Source: Octopus vulgaris (taxonomy: Eukaryota). Taken from it: 64,000 nt of DNA. Both the position numbers and the translations under genes were made by a program. The notes below the pieces were generated by a model. That model was not told the DNA's origin. It did no database searches and worked only from the letters and a program-made list of their open reading frames with translations. The stretch is taken from the NCBI GenBank assembly GCA_951406725.2, contig OX597819.1, positions 133,548,001-133,612,000 on the forward strand, in the 5' to 3' direction. Shown one piece after another: positions 12,783 to 24,091 of this stretch (the stretch's first letter is position 1; each line of letters starts with the position of its first letter).

Positions 12783-14451
12783 TAAAACAGTGGACTGTGT
12801 TCACCAGGGGACTCACTTGTGTCTCATCCATGCCATACAGTTTCAAATCATCCATGAAGAGGAGGTGGTTGATTGTTTGGGATTTTTCCTTTAGTTGGTA
12901 CCTCAGGGTCATTTTCCTGAGAACAAAGGTCAGGAGTATCATGCAGAGAGCAAAAAGCAACAGAGATAGGCTGTTACCCTGGAAAATCCCTCTTCTGATA
13001 CCCAGGGTGCCTAAGCTTCTTTCCATAAGATGTCAGTTCAGTTTTCCATCCCACCATACTTCTCTTCAGGAAACAAGTTACATTCCTCCCAATTCCAAAC
13101 AGATCCAAGCATTCGATTATCCGCGAATGTGGAATCGTATCATAAGCTTTGCAATAGTCAATCCAGGCTATTCCCAAATTTGTTCTCCTTCGTTTACAAT
13201 CTTGCATTATCATTTTGTCTACCAACAGTTGATCTTCAGTATCTCTGCATCTCCTTCTATAATACCTTTTTGTTCCGGCGGTAATATTTCGTCCTCATCC
13301 AGGAATTTATACAGTTCTTCCGCAATTCCTCCTGACGATAATTTCCTCATTAACGGGTGGCAGGAAATTGGTCTGCAATTGTCAGCAGCATTTCCCTTTG
13401 ATGCATCCTTCAGGCACAACACCATTCGTCCTTTTGTTAACCAGCCCGGGATTTCTTCTTTTCCATTGATCAATGCATTAAATTGCTCTGCGATCAATTT
13501 ATGGCAACTACTGAACTTTTTTTATCCAAAATCCCTGTACACCATCAGGTCCTGCTGCTTTCCAATTGCTTATCTTTTTACTCATATCTCTGATACTGTC
13601 TTCTGCGAAGTGGATAGCCTCTGGCTGGGGAGAAGAAGCTGTTTGTGTCAGGCTGCAGAGCCATTCAGCTGTAGTATTCTACAGGATTTGGCAATTCTCA
13701 TTTTCGGTGATTCTTTCAGGGGTTTGTTCTTACCACGTGTCTGCTCTTTCTAGACCGTGATTTCCACAGAGCTCCCAATGCATCATTCTTGTCACATTGT
13801 CATGTATTATGTTGTTCTTGCTTACTCCATATCTTATCTCTAAAAACTCGACCTTCATCAGCATCAGGGACTAATCTTTCACGCTTGTTATCATCATTAA
13901 TCTCTTGATAAAATCTTTTTTTTTTTTTGGTCGGGTCTAAACAATTTGTTTCCCTGGTATTGCTTAATCCGTTGTTCAAACTTAGCTTTGTTTTTTTTGG
14001 GTTTTTTTTTGCCTGTATTCGCTGCTTCAGTTCTTCAATTCCAACATTCAGGTCTTTTGTTCCTACACCAAACTTCTTCCCAACTTTTTCGAATTTCCAT
14101 TCATTCTTAAATTCTCCATTTCATTTCCTGACTTGTTCAAGGAGTTCATATCTTCAGACATTCTCCTTTTCCACCACTCTTGTTTATTCCCTCTTCTATC
14201 CGTCGCTGTTCTATTCTCAGTAGTTCTCAATTCCATCCTTTCCGCCACAATCCAATTAGCAGCCTTGATAAGATTATCCGTTCGTCTGGTGTTCTTTGTT
14301 TCAATGTCTCTCAATATTTTATTGACTTTATTCGTCTCTTGATTTAGTCTCCATTGGTTCGCCTTCATAAAGTCGCACTTCATTATCATCTTTCAATTCC
14401 GTTTCCATTTCTTGCAGAGTGTCCTCCTGACACCTGGTGCAGAGAAACGCA

Positions 14452-14490
14452 CTATTATTATTGTTATCATCATCATCATCATCAGTATCA

Positions 14491-14581
<91 letters not shown>

Positions 14582-14617
14582 CATTACTATTATCATTATT
14601 ATTATTATTATTATTCT
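14452..14617. repeat. (ATT)n/(TAA)n microsatellite between two Dong-like LINEs
   Basis: Seen directly. Confidence 0.95.
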
Positions 14618-17600
14618 ATGTTTGACTTTTGATTTATGTCTGTACAAGTTGGCTCCAAGTCTCACCCAGAGACCTCAAGAGACAACAGGTTGGAAGTTCT
14701 GTGCCATATATTTGGGGGGAGGGGGTTGGTGTTGTACTAGTGAATGTCTAATACATAAAAAAATTTTTTTTAAATTAAAAATTAAAAATTTAAAAAAAGT
14801 TTGTTTTAAACCTTGGGATTACATAGAGAGTATTTTGCGTAGGATATGAGCAGTTCCCATGAGCACTATCTTTTGAATTTCTGCCATTTTGGGGTTTCCT
14901 GGTATCTGAGTTAGGTAGCAATCAGTCCCTTTCGCTATCATTCCCAGGGCACCTATGACAACAGGTATTGTTTTAGTCTTCAGCTTCCACATTTTGCTGA
15001 TTTCTATTTCAAGATCTTTATATTTGCTCAGTTTTTGGTAGGTCTTGACAGATACGTTTATATCGATTGGGACAGTCATATCAATGAGGAGGCATGTTCT
15101 TTGTCTGAAGTCTTTCAATATGATGTCTGGCCTATTTGCATCTATCTTGATGTCAGTTTGAATGGTGAAGTTCCAGAGGAGTGAGATGTGGTCATTTTCA
15201 ATTAGAGAGTATTTTGCGTAGGATATGAGCAGTTCCCATGAGCACTATCTTTTGAATTTCTGCCATTTTGGGGTTTCCTGGTATCTGAGTTAGGTAGCAA
15301 TCAGTCCCTTTCGCTATCATTCCCAGGGCACCTATGACAAAAGGTATTGTTTTAGTCTTCAGCTTCCACATTTTGCTGATTTCTATTTCAAGATCTTTAT
15401 ATTTGCTCAGTTTTTGGTAGGTCTTGACAGATACGTTTATATCGATTGGGACAGTCATATCAATGAGGAGGCATGTTCTTTGTCTGAAGTCTTTCAATAT
15501 GATGTCTGGCCTATTTGCATCTGTCTTCCTGTCAGTTTGAATGGTGAAGTTCCAGAGGAGTGAGATGTGGTCATTTTCAATTAGAGAGTATTTTGCGTAG
15601 GATATGAGCAGTTCCCATGAGCACTATCTTTTGAATTTCTGCCATTTTGGGGTTTCCTGGTATCTGAGTTAGGTAGCAATCAGTCCCTTTCGCTATCATT
15701 CCCAGGGCACCTATGACAAAAGGTATTGTTTTAGTCTTCAGCTTCCACATTTTGCTGATTTCTATTTCAAGATCTTTATATTTGCTCAGTTTTTGGTAGG
15801 TCTTGACAGATACGTTTATATCGATTGGGACAGTCATATCAATGAGGAGGCATGTTCTTTGTCTGAAGTCTTTCAATATGATGTCTGGCCTATTTGCATC
15901 TGTCTTCCTGTCAGTTTGAATGGTGAAGTTCCAGAGGAGTGAGATGTGGTCATTTTCAAGCACTGGAGGTGGATTGTGTTCCCACCAGTTTTTTTCATGG
16001 GGCAAATCCAGGTTTTTGCAAATTACCCAGTGAATATATTGTGCAGCTCTATCATGCCTATTGAGGTACTCTGTAGGCGCTAGAAGACTGCATTTGGAGA
16101 CAACATGATCAATGGTTTCATTTTGTTGTCGGCATACACGACATGTTGGGCTACTGCCGTTCTTTAATATGTTGGCCTGGTAGTTTCTTGCTGGTAGGCA
16201 TTGATCTTGAGCTGCTATGATAAACCCCTCTGTTTCAGATTTTAAGCCAGAGACCATTAGCCATTGATGGGTCAGGGCTTTGTCAATATCTGCATTATTC
16301 GCTCTCTTTGGGTATTTGCCAGAGAGAGGTTTTTCTTGCCATTTATTATTCAGAATATCTAAGGCCGCAGTTTTGGCACGGTTTTTCATGCACCTAGCTT
16401 TTTCTGTGCTTGTTTCTTGTATGTCTATCTCTAATTCCGAAATTGGTTGTATTCGGAATTCACTTAGATATTCCTTTGCCTGTTTTGTGACTGAGTATGA
16501 TGCTTTCTTGTTTTCATGTTTTGAGACAAGTTTTAACATCCAGTCCTCAGAGTTTTTCAGGTAGGTGTCTAGGCCGATTGTAGCAATCTTCATTGTTATT
16601 GCCAGTTGCAAAAGACCACGGCCTCCCTCTTTTCTTGGCAGATAGAGTCGTTCTGTATCTGCCTTAGGGTGGTGCATTCTATGCATTGTCAACAGTTTCC
16701 TTATTTTTCTGTCGAGCTGACATATTTCAGTAATTGACCAGTTAACAATATTGAAACTGTAAGTCACGACTGGTATGGCTAATGCATTGATCGCTTCGAT
16801 CCTGTTTCTTGCATTCAGCTCTGTCTTGAGTATTGCTCTCACTCTTCGATAGCATTCTCTCCTGATCCTTTCCTTCATCTCTGAATGCCTTATTCCGTTC
16901 CCTTCAATTACCCCTAGGTACTTGTAGCTCTCCGCTGGGTCTAGTTCTTTTATGACATTCTGCTGGTCAAGGTTAACGTTAGATGTTTCTGTCATTTTTC
17001 CTTTGATAAAGGTAGCTTTTGCACATTTATCGAGGCCGAATGGCATTCTGATGTCGTCACTGAATTGTTTGACTATCGCTAGTAAGCCCTTGAGTTGTTG
17101 GTCATTTTTTGCAAAAAGCTTTAAATCATCCATGTAAATGAGATGATTTATATTTTTATCAAACATTTTATACCCGTACTGCGCGTCATTGAGCAGCTTT
17201 GAGAGAGGTATTAAGGATAAACAAAAGAGGAGTGGTGACAGTGAGTCACCCTGGAAAATGCCACACGAAATGTTTACATCACCAGCATTTAGGGATTCAT
17301 TGTCACTGTTCAGAGTTAGTGTGGTTCTCCATGATCTCATACTTACAGTCAAGAAGTTTCGCAGAGTAGGTGCTATCTTATACATTTCCAGGCATTTCCT
17401 AATCCAGCTATGTGGTAGGCTATCAAAAGCCTTTTAATAGTCTATCTAGGCTATTGATAAGTTTTTGTGTCGTTTGTGACAATCTTCTAAGATCATCTTA
17501 TTGATGAGTAGTTGGTCTTTACAGCCGTAGGATCCACGTTTACATCCTTTCTGTTCATTAGGGAATATGCTGCTGTCTGTTAAAAAAACTATAGGTATAT

Positions 17601-19410
17601 TCCTTCAGAACAGATGTTAGCGTTTTGTACATAGTTGTTAAGCAGGTTATGGGTCTATAGTTTTTTGGTTCATTTGTTTCTTCACTTTTTGGAAGCAGGA
17701 ATGTTAACCCATTAACTAGCCAAGGAGGCATCCTACTAGGGTGTTGCAAAACATCATTGTACAGTTCTGGTAGCAGTTCATGGCTCTCTGGGAAGGCATT
17801 CAGCCAGAAGTTAGGAATTTTATCCTCTCCTGGAGACTTCCATTTGCTTGACCTCCTGAGAGCAGATCTTATATCTTCTACCTTGACACCCTCCCACTTT
17901 TGCTCTTCTAAGGGGTCCAGTTCTGTAGATATTCTGTCAATCCAGGGGGCCTTTTCGTTGTGTGTTTTTTCTTCTGCCCAGATTTTATTCCAAAATCCCT
18001 GCACTTCTTTTGATGGTACAGACCTTGCAGTAAACGCTGTTTTCCCTATCTTCCTGTAAAAATTCTTGGTGTTATTTTTTAACATGTTGTTGTCCTTGAA
18101 AAATCTAACACGCTTTTCATACCTCGCTATGCGGGCAGCTTTGGCAGATACCTTTTGTTTGATGGTTTCTATGGTGGCATCAATATCAAGTATAGTTTTC
18201 ATATTATATTTTTTCAGTAATTTTTGGGTTTTTGTAGGTTTGGTAGTCTTGTGAGCCTTAAGGTTTTTCAAATATTCAATGTCAGATCTAAATATTTTAA
18301 TTTGTTGTTGCAGACGCTCTTGCCAAGAAGGCTTTTTGTGGGAAGGTTGCCGTTTTCTAATCTTTACACCACATAGGATCGTTGAGATTTTCGCGGATGC
18401 ATAGTATAGGTGGTTGCGGTTTGTGATATCAACATCATTAGCTGTAATTATATCCTTGAGTGCAAGCCGGATTTTACCAATTATTTTCATGTTTTGGTTA
18501 GAGTTGCGGATTTTAGGAAGTGTATCACGTTCATCCATGCTGGTTTCTTTAATTTTCAGCCATTCAATCATGATTTGATTTTTTAGCTCATGTAGTTCTG
18601 TTGGGTCAATATTTGTGTGACTTTCTTTATCTATTTGATCCTCATCTGTCTTAGTGTTTATGATTGGTTCAGGGAGTATTTCACTTTGCCTATCACTTAT
18701 ACTAACTCTTTCAATCCTCACTTCGTTTTTATCAGCCCTGGGCTGGTCTATAATTATTTCCTCTGTATTATCTTCTCTAGCTGCAGCTTTGTTCATTTTA
18801 TCCGATATTGCTTATCTAACTTGATCAATCTCTACTTCAGTCAGTAATTTTTTTATAATGTTTCTTCTGACTTTGGCAAGTTTGTTACTGTCTATGTAGT
18901 GTCTTACTTCAGGGTGTTTCTGTCTCTAGTTTAAGTATGCTTGTACAGTGTTAGATTTATCTGTGGGGAAATATATGGCATGGTAGAAGGCCTCAAGAAC
19001 TTCTTTATTATCTTCCCTAGACCATTTCTCCTTCTTTTTCTTTTGATTATTTGGTGATGAGCATGGATGGCCATCTGTTGGAATATTCCGGTAGTGGGGT
19101 ACATCCAGCTCCTGTGTGTTGGGAAGATTTGATCCAGTAGCTGATTTTTCAATCAGAATTTTGTTCAATTTTCGGGTTACGTGGTCTTTTGTAATCCGCG
19201 CGACGACTAATGCGGTTTATTGTTTGATTTGTTGACCTTGAAGCATGACGAGCTTCCATACTTACATTAGGAGATGGATCTGTCAGTTTAGGGTTCTCTA
19301 CATGTAAGCATTGCTCATAGTGCTGCTTCTTAAGACTAGCAGATCTATATTCGTCTGTATTTTTTTTGTTGATAGTTTTATCTCCGACCATTTTTTTCCT
19401 CCTCTTCCTT
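14618..19410 (-). mobile_element. Near full-length R4/Dong-type RLE LINE, with stops and frameshifts
   Basis: ORFs 17558-18796 and 15577-17385 contain WKSPGED, NYRPITCL, GIFQGDSLSP, YMDDLKLFAK, CRVC...ETIDHV..C, RHD, NRPDI and KLSKY. The AWIDYKKAFD motif is broken by stops near 17437-17448. (TAA)n at both ends. Confidence 0.93.
14824..15959 (-). repeat. Three near-identical 379-bp tandem copies of the RLE-coding 3' end
   Basis: ORFs ending at 14819, 15198 and 15577 are spaced exactly 379 bp apart and encode the same C-terminus. Confidence 0.95.
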
Positions 19411-19559
19411 ATTATTATTATTATCATTATTATTAGTTTATACTTTTGCTCTTTACTCATTTCAGTCATGCGGCTGCGATCATGGTGGAGAATCACAGTG
19501 GTCTTTCTGATTTCCTCAATCTGGAGTATTTCACATCATTAACCCTCATGTGCCTTTGT

Positions 19560-19875
19560 CCCAACTATTGGCCCATTTGACTTAAAACGGAGTTTGGTTC
19601 CGCTGCCCTCGTCTCTACCTCATGTCAGGCTGTTGGTTCATCCAATAGTGTGCAGGAAAGGATGTCTACTTCCACCTTATGCAGATTTCTTAATTTTTGT
19701 GGCAGGGCATTGAAAAGCTGTTGTCCTTTGAGCCCTAGGCTATTACAGTACCTGGTCTTCAATTTAGATTGAGTGGATATTGCCTCTGGTACAATACAAT
19801 GGCAGCCAGTATAAGACTCTATGCCGAAATTAGGTACTAGCCGTTCTAGAGTTTTCCATATGTTCCACACTAAAC
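19560..19875 (-). mobile_element. Short 3' fragment of a CR1/L2-group LINE
   Basis: WNIWKTLERLVPNF...RYCNSLGLKGQQLFNALPQKLRNL resembles the C-terminus of the 37621 ORF. Confidence 0.6.
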
Positions 19876-19879
19876 CATC

Positions 19880-20490
19880 AATATACATAGATACATCAAC
19901 ATAAACAGATGGATGTACAAAGACTACATACAGAAACAGACATATATATGTAAGACGTAAATATACACACAAATATACATATGTATACATGTGTATGTGT
20001 ATATTTGTGTGTATATTTACGTCTTACATATATGTCTGTATATGTATGTAGTCTGTCCATCCATCTGGGTATTTTGATGTATATATGTATATTATAGAGG
20101 ATCTAGTATGCGTATATACTGTTGTAAAATATTTATGTAATGCAGCGTGAAAATGTTAATTTTAATTTTAATGTATAAATTGTATTAATCGAATTGTATT
20201 TCGTATATAATTATATGCAATAGGTATTTTTAATCCGCTCTTCATTTTAAGGTTTTCCTCGATTTTTATAATAGGATGAATTTATATTGAATTCATTTAA
20301 TTTGTTTATTTTGTTCATTGCATACTTAAGACCGTTAATTGAAAAGACCAATGAAACAAATCCATTTTTAACTAGTTTTGATTATATCATCATTTCTGTT
20401 CCATTTTAATAAAACTGTCCGACGAATGGGAACGTGAAACTCTGAGTAACAACTTTTGTTATATTTCTGCTGCTTTTAAATAAAGAATAT
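19880..20490 (+). mobile_element. Solo Penelope pLTR with a palindromic 5' part and a hammerhead
   Basis: 20200-20485 aligns by eye with 42760-43100; 19880-20093 is an imperfect palindrome. Confidence 0.65.
20408..20460 (+). ncRNA. Degenerate type I hammerhead ribozyme
   Basis: AAAACTGT-CCGACGA-ATGGGAACGT-GAAA-CTCTGAG-TA-ACAACTTTT; homologous to 43024-43077. Confidence 0.6.
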
Positions 20491-20555
20491 TACTCTGCCT
20501 CTCGTATTTGAGTCCTCATTTTTTCCTCCTTGTTTCACATTTATGTGCTTACACC

Positions 20556-20600
<45 letters not shown>

Positions 20601-20889
20601 CATTTCGGGACGGTCATTTTTATCTTGCCAAATAAACACACCCTCTTACTCTTTTACACTTCAACTCTTTTATTTGTTTCTCTTATTTGACTGCGGCCAT
20701 GCTGGACCAACGCCTTCAGTGGAACAAATCGTCCCCCAGAACTTATTCTTTGTAAGCCTAGTATTCTATCAGTATTTTTGCCGAACCGCAAGTTTACTGG
20801 GATGTAGACACATCAACATCGGTTGTCAACTGATGGTGGAGGGACAAAAGCAGACACACAAACATATACATACACACACACACACACAC

Positions 20890-20947
<58 letters not shown>

Positions 20948-20996
20948 AAACAAGTCAAAAATAGAAAATGCTAAAATAATTTTATAGTGAACATTT

Positions 20997-21034
20997 CAGT
21001 ACCGGTTTCGGTCATTTTGAGACCTTTTCAACTG
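20997..21034 (-). ncRNA. Variant minimal hammerhead (UUGAAAA core), pLTR copy 1
   Basis: Reverse complement reads CAG-TTGAAAA-GGTC-TCAAAAT-GACC-GAAA-CCGG-TA-CTG. Confidence 0.6.
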
Positions 21035-21761
21035 TAACGATTAAATAATTAAATTTAGAAAAATTAGAAGAAAAGTTTTTTTAAAGGAATATTTCTATAG
21101 TAGTGTTCAGATATAAGTGGCATTCTGCCTTTCTCTGACTCCCTTGTTTGCACTTGTGTGTTCGAGGTCGTTGTGAGTTCTTGGTAGGGTAGTAGAGGAA
21201 GAGGGCTGGTGAGGAAAGGGGGTGGGAGAATCTGGGAGTGCCCTGATGGTCGTATTTTGAATGGTCAGTGGCGGCTGGCAGTCTCAGTTCAATTCAGGAG
21301 AATATTTATATTGACAGGCTTGTTTATAGAATTAGCGTAGGTGTTATACTAAAAAACATTAGTGACAAAGTTAAGGGGTAGGGGGTGGAGAAGTAGAAGA
21401 AGAAGAAGAAGAAGAAGAAGAAGAGAAGGAGAAGAAGGAGAAGATGACGATGATGGTGATGGTGGTGATGATTATGACGACGATGATGATGATAATGATG
21501 ATGATGAAGAAGAAGAAGAAGAAGAAGGAGGAGAAGGAGAAGATGGTGGTGATGATGGTGGTGATGATGATGACGACGATGATGATGATAATGATGATGA
21601 TGAAGAAGAAGAGGAAGAAGAAGAAGAAGAAAAAAACAGAGAAGGGAGAATATGAATGGGTGTAAATATAGCTATGAAGGGGCTGATTAGTAATGGATTC
21701 TATGGAGTGTAATATTTGTGTGTGTATATATATTTTTCTTTTATTCTAAAGTTGAGGTATA

Positions 21762-24091
21762 TTAATTGTTTGTCGTAGACCCGTTAAGAAGTGGCTTGTA
21801 TTTTGTAATAAAGAGATTTTCTTTACTTATTCGTTGTCTCGAGGTTGTATCGTCCCTAAATTGGTAGAGGGGGAAAATTCTGAAGTTTGGTGTTTTTTTG
21901 TTGGCGCAAGTATCTATGTGTTGGCTAAAAGCTATTTTTCTGTTTTGGGGAATTTTTATCTGGGATCTGTGCAGGGCCATTCGTTTACGCAAACCATTTT
22001 TTGTTTGGCCTATGTACTGCTCTTGACACCCGGAGCAGGTTAGTGAGTATATTAGGTTCTCCGAAGCACATGTGAAGTTGCTTTTCACTGTAAACCGTTG
22101 TCCCTGTTTGAAGGAGAACTCTGATCCCTCAATAAGATAGTCGCATATCCCGCAATTGGGTCTTCCACATTTTTTTACTGTCGGCTTCTGTGTTGAAGAG
22201 TGAATTCGGGCTTGTGTAAGGAGACTTTTCATGGATCTAGGCTGTCTTTTGCTTTTTATGATCGTGTGTGTTTGGAGGATTGTGTTCATTCTGTGGTCTT
22301 TTTTAGGAGGGGTATGTTGTGGAGGATGGTGTCGAAGGCTTCGTTATTGAGAGGGTTGTGTGTGGAGATGTATGGTAAGGCTTTTGGTTGTAAGTTTTTC
22401 TTGGATTTGGGATGTCTCAGTTCCTTGATGTTAAGTTGAAGGGCACGTTGAATGCCCTTGTCAATAAGTGAAGGTGGATAGTTCCTGGTGATTAGGGTAT
22501 CTTTTAGTTCTTGTAGTCGTGTGTCTCTGGTGTTTGCGTTAGAGACTATAGTGCATATCCTTTTTGCTAGATTGAAGGGGATATTCATCCTGGTGTGTCT
22601 GGGGTGGCATGAATTGAATGGAAGATATTGCTTAGAGTCTGTAGGCTTATAGTATATGTCTGTTTCTATTATATTATTAGCTTTCTTAATGAGGATATCG
22701 AGGAAGGGGAGTTGTTGTTGGCTATATTCCATCGTGAATTGGATGTTTACGTCCAGTCCGTTTAAAATTTTCTGGAATTCTATGAGTTTTTCTATATTTT
22801 TATGCCAAAGGATGAAACAGTCATCTAGATATCTCTTCCAGTTGTTTTCTATGTAGATGGAGAAAGGGCTGCCATATCTTTCTAGAACCTTACGATACAG
22901 ACTGATCTCTAGGTATCCTATGACTAGGTTGGCAAAGGAGGGGGCCATTCGTGTACCCATCGCAGTCCCCGATTTTTGTCGGTAGAAGTTGTCATTGAAG
23001 GCGAAGAAGTTATTTTCCAGGATGAATTTAACCCCTTCTATCACAAATTATTTTTTGATGCGGTGTGGTAGTTCGTTGGCGTGATTCTCTAGCCAGAATT
23101 GGATTGCCTCTAGTCCTAGGTTGTGGGGGATATTGGAGTAGAGGTTGACTGCATCGAAGGATACCAGTATGGTGTTTTTGTTTATAGTATTCGGTAGGTG
23201 ATTGAGCATATCTAAGTCGTCCCTTATATAGCTTTTGACATGTTTGAGGAGTGGTTTTAACAGGGTGTCTAAAAAGTTACTGAGGCGGTGGGTTTCGCAT
23301 GCGGGACCTGCTATTATGGGTCTCAATTTGAGGTCATTAGGATTAGGGACTTTAATTATTTTGTCTGTAGCTATCTTGCATGCGTTGCTTATTTTTTCAC
23401 TTTTGTGGATTTTAGGTATACCGTAGAATTGGCTAGTTTTACTTGTGAAATTGGTCATATAATCATATTCTCTGTCGGTGAGCCCTGCTTTGTATGGGTT
23501 TAATATGGATTTTAGTTCCCTCATTATTTTTTGTTGACTGTAGTTTTGTGCCTTTTCATAGTATGTTGTGTCTTCCAGCATAGAAAGTACCAAAGTTATG
23601 TAAAATGTCGTATCCATTAAGACAACAGCACTCCCTTTATCGGCCTCTTTGATTGTTATTGTTTTATCTAGTTTTAATTTGTTCAACTCAGCCCATTCTT
23701 TTTTGCTGAAGTTTGGTTTGTGTTTTTGTTTGTGCATATGTTGATATGGGTAATTTGATATGTGGTCACAGAAATCATCAAGTGTTTTATTCTTACCTTT
23801 CGAGGGGGTGTAGTTACTCCTATTTCTGGCTAACGATTCGTCCTCGTTGTATTTATCGTATAGCTCCTCAGTAAGTCTTAATTTTCTGCAGAATTCTGCG
23901 ATGTCTTCTTTCATTTCATTGTAGTTGGGGTGTTGTGGGGTGGGTGTAAACTTGAGTCCTTTGGAAAGTATGTTTATTTGGTTTGCTGTTAGTTCCTTGT
24001 GAGTTAGATTAATAATTTTTATTACTTTTGGTTCCTCCTGCTTGTTTGGTGCTATCTTGTGTCTCTGTGTTTGCGTATTGGGTCTAAAAAA
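21762..24091 (-). pseudogene. Penelope RT + GIY-YIG endonuclease (one in-frame TAA at 23048-23050, one frameshift near 22290)
   Basis: IINLT..LT...LSKGLKFTPTP, ADKGSAVV, YGIPKIHK, LRPIIA, SFDAVNLY, GTAMGT, RYLDDCF, CGRPNCGIC, LIY..TCSGC..QYIGQT, PLLN. Confidence 0.9.

Larger units (their letters stand above)
8945..14452 (-). mobile_element. R4/Dong-type RLE LINE (decayed), interrupted by a CR1/L2 fragment and a mariner
   Basis: Pieces include [36 protein letters not shown]...RRHENVARMVHW and IIDIACPGD..VKEKEEEKINNY (RT, zinc knuckle, RLE). Bounded by (TAA)n at both ends. Confidence 0.85.

Noticed and set aside
21362-21665. Poly-E/D, poly-K/M and poly-H/L ORFs (also 25735-26694)
   Set aside because: Artefacts of trinucleotide repeats inside the pLTR.
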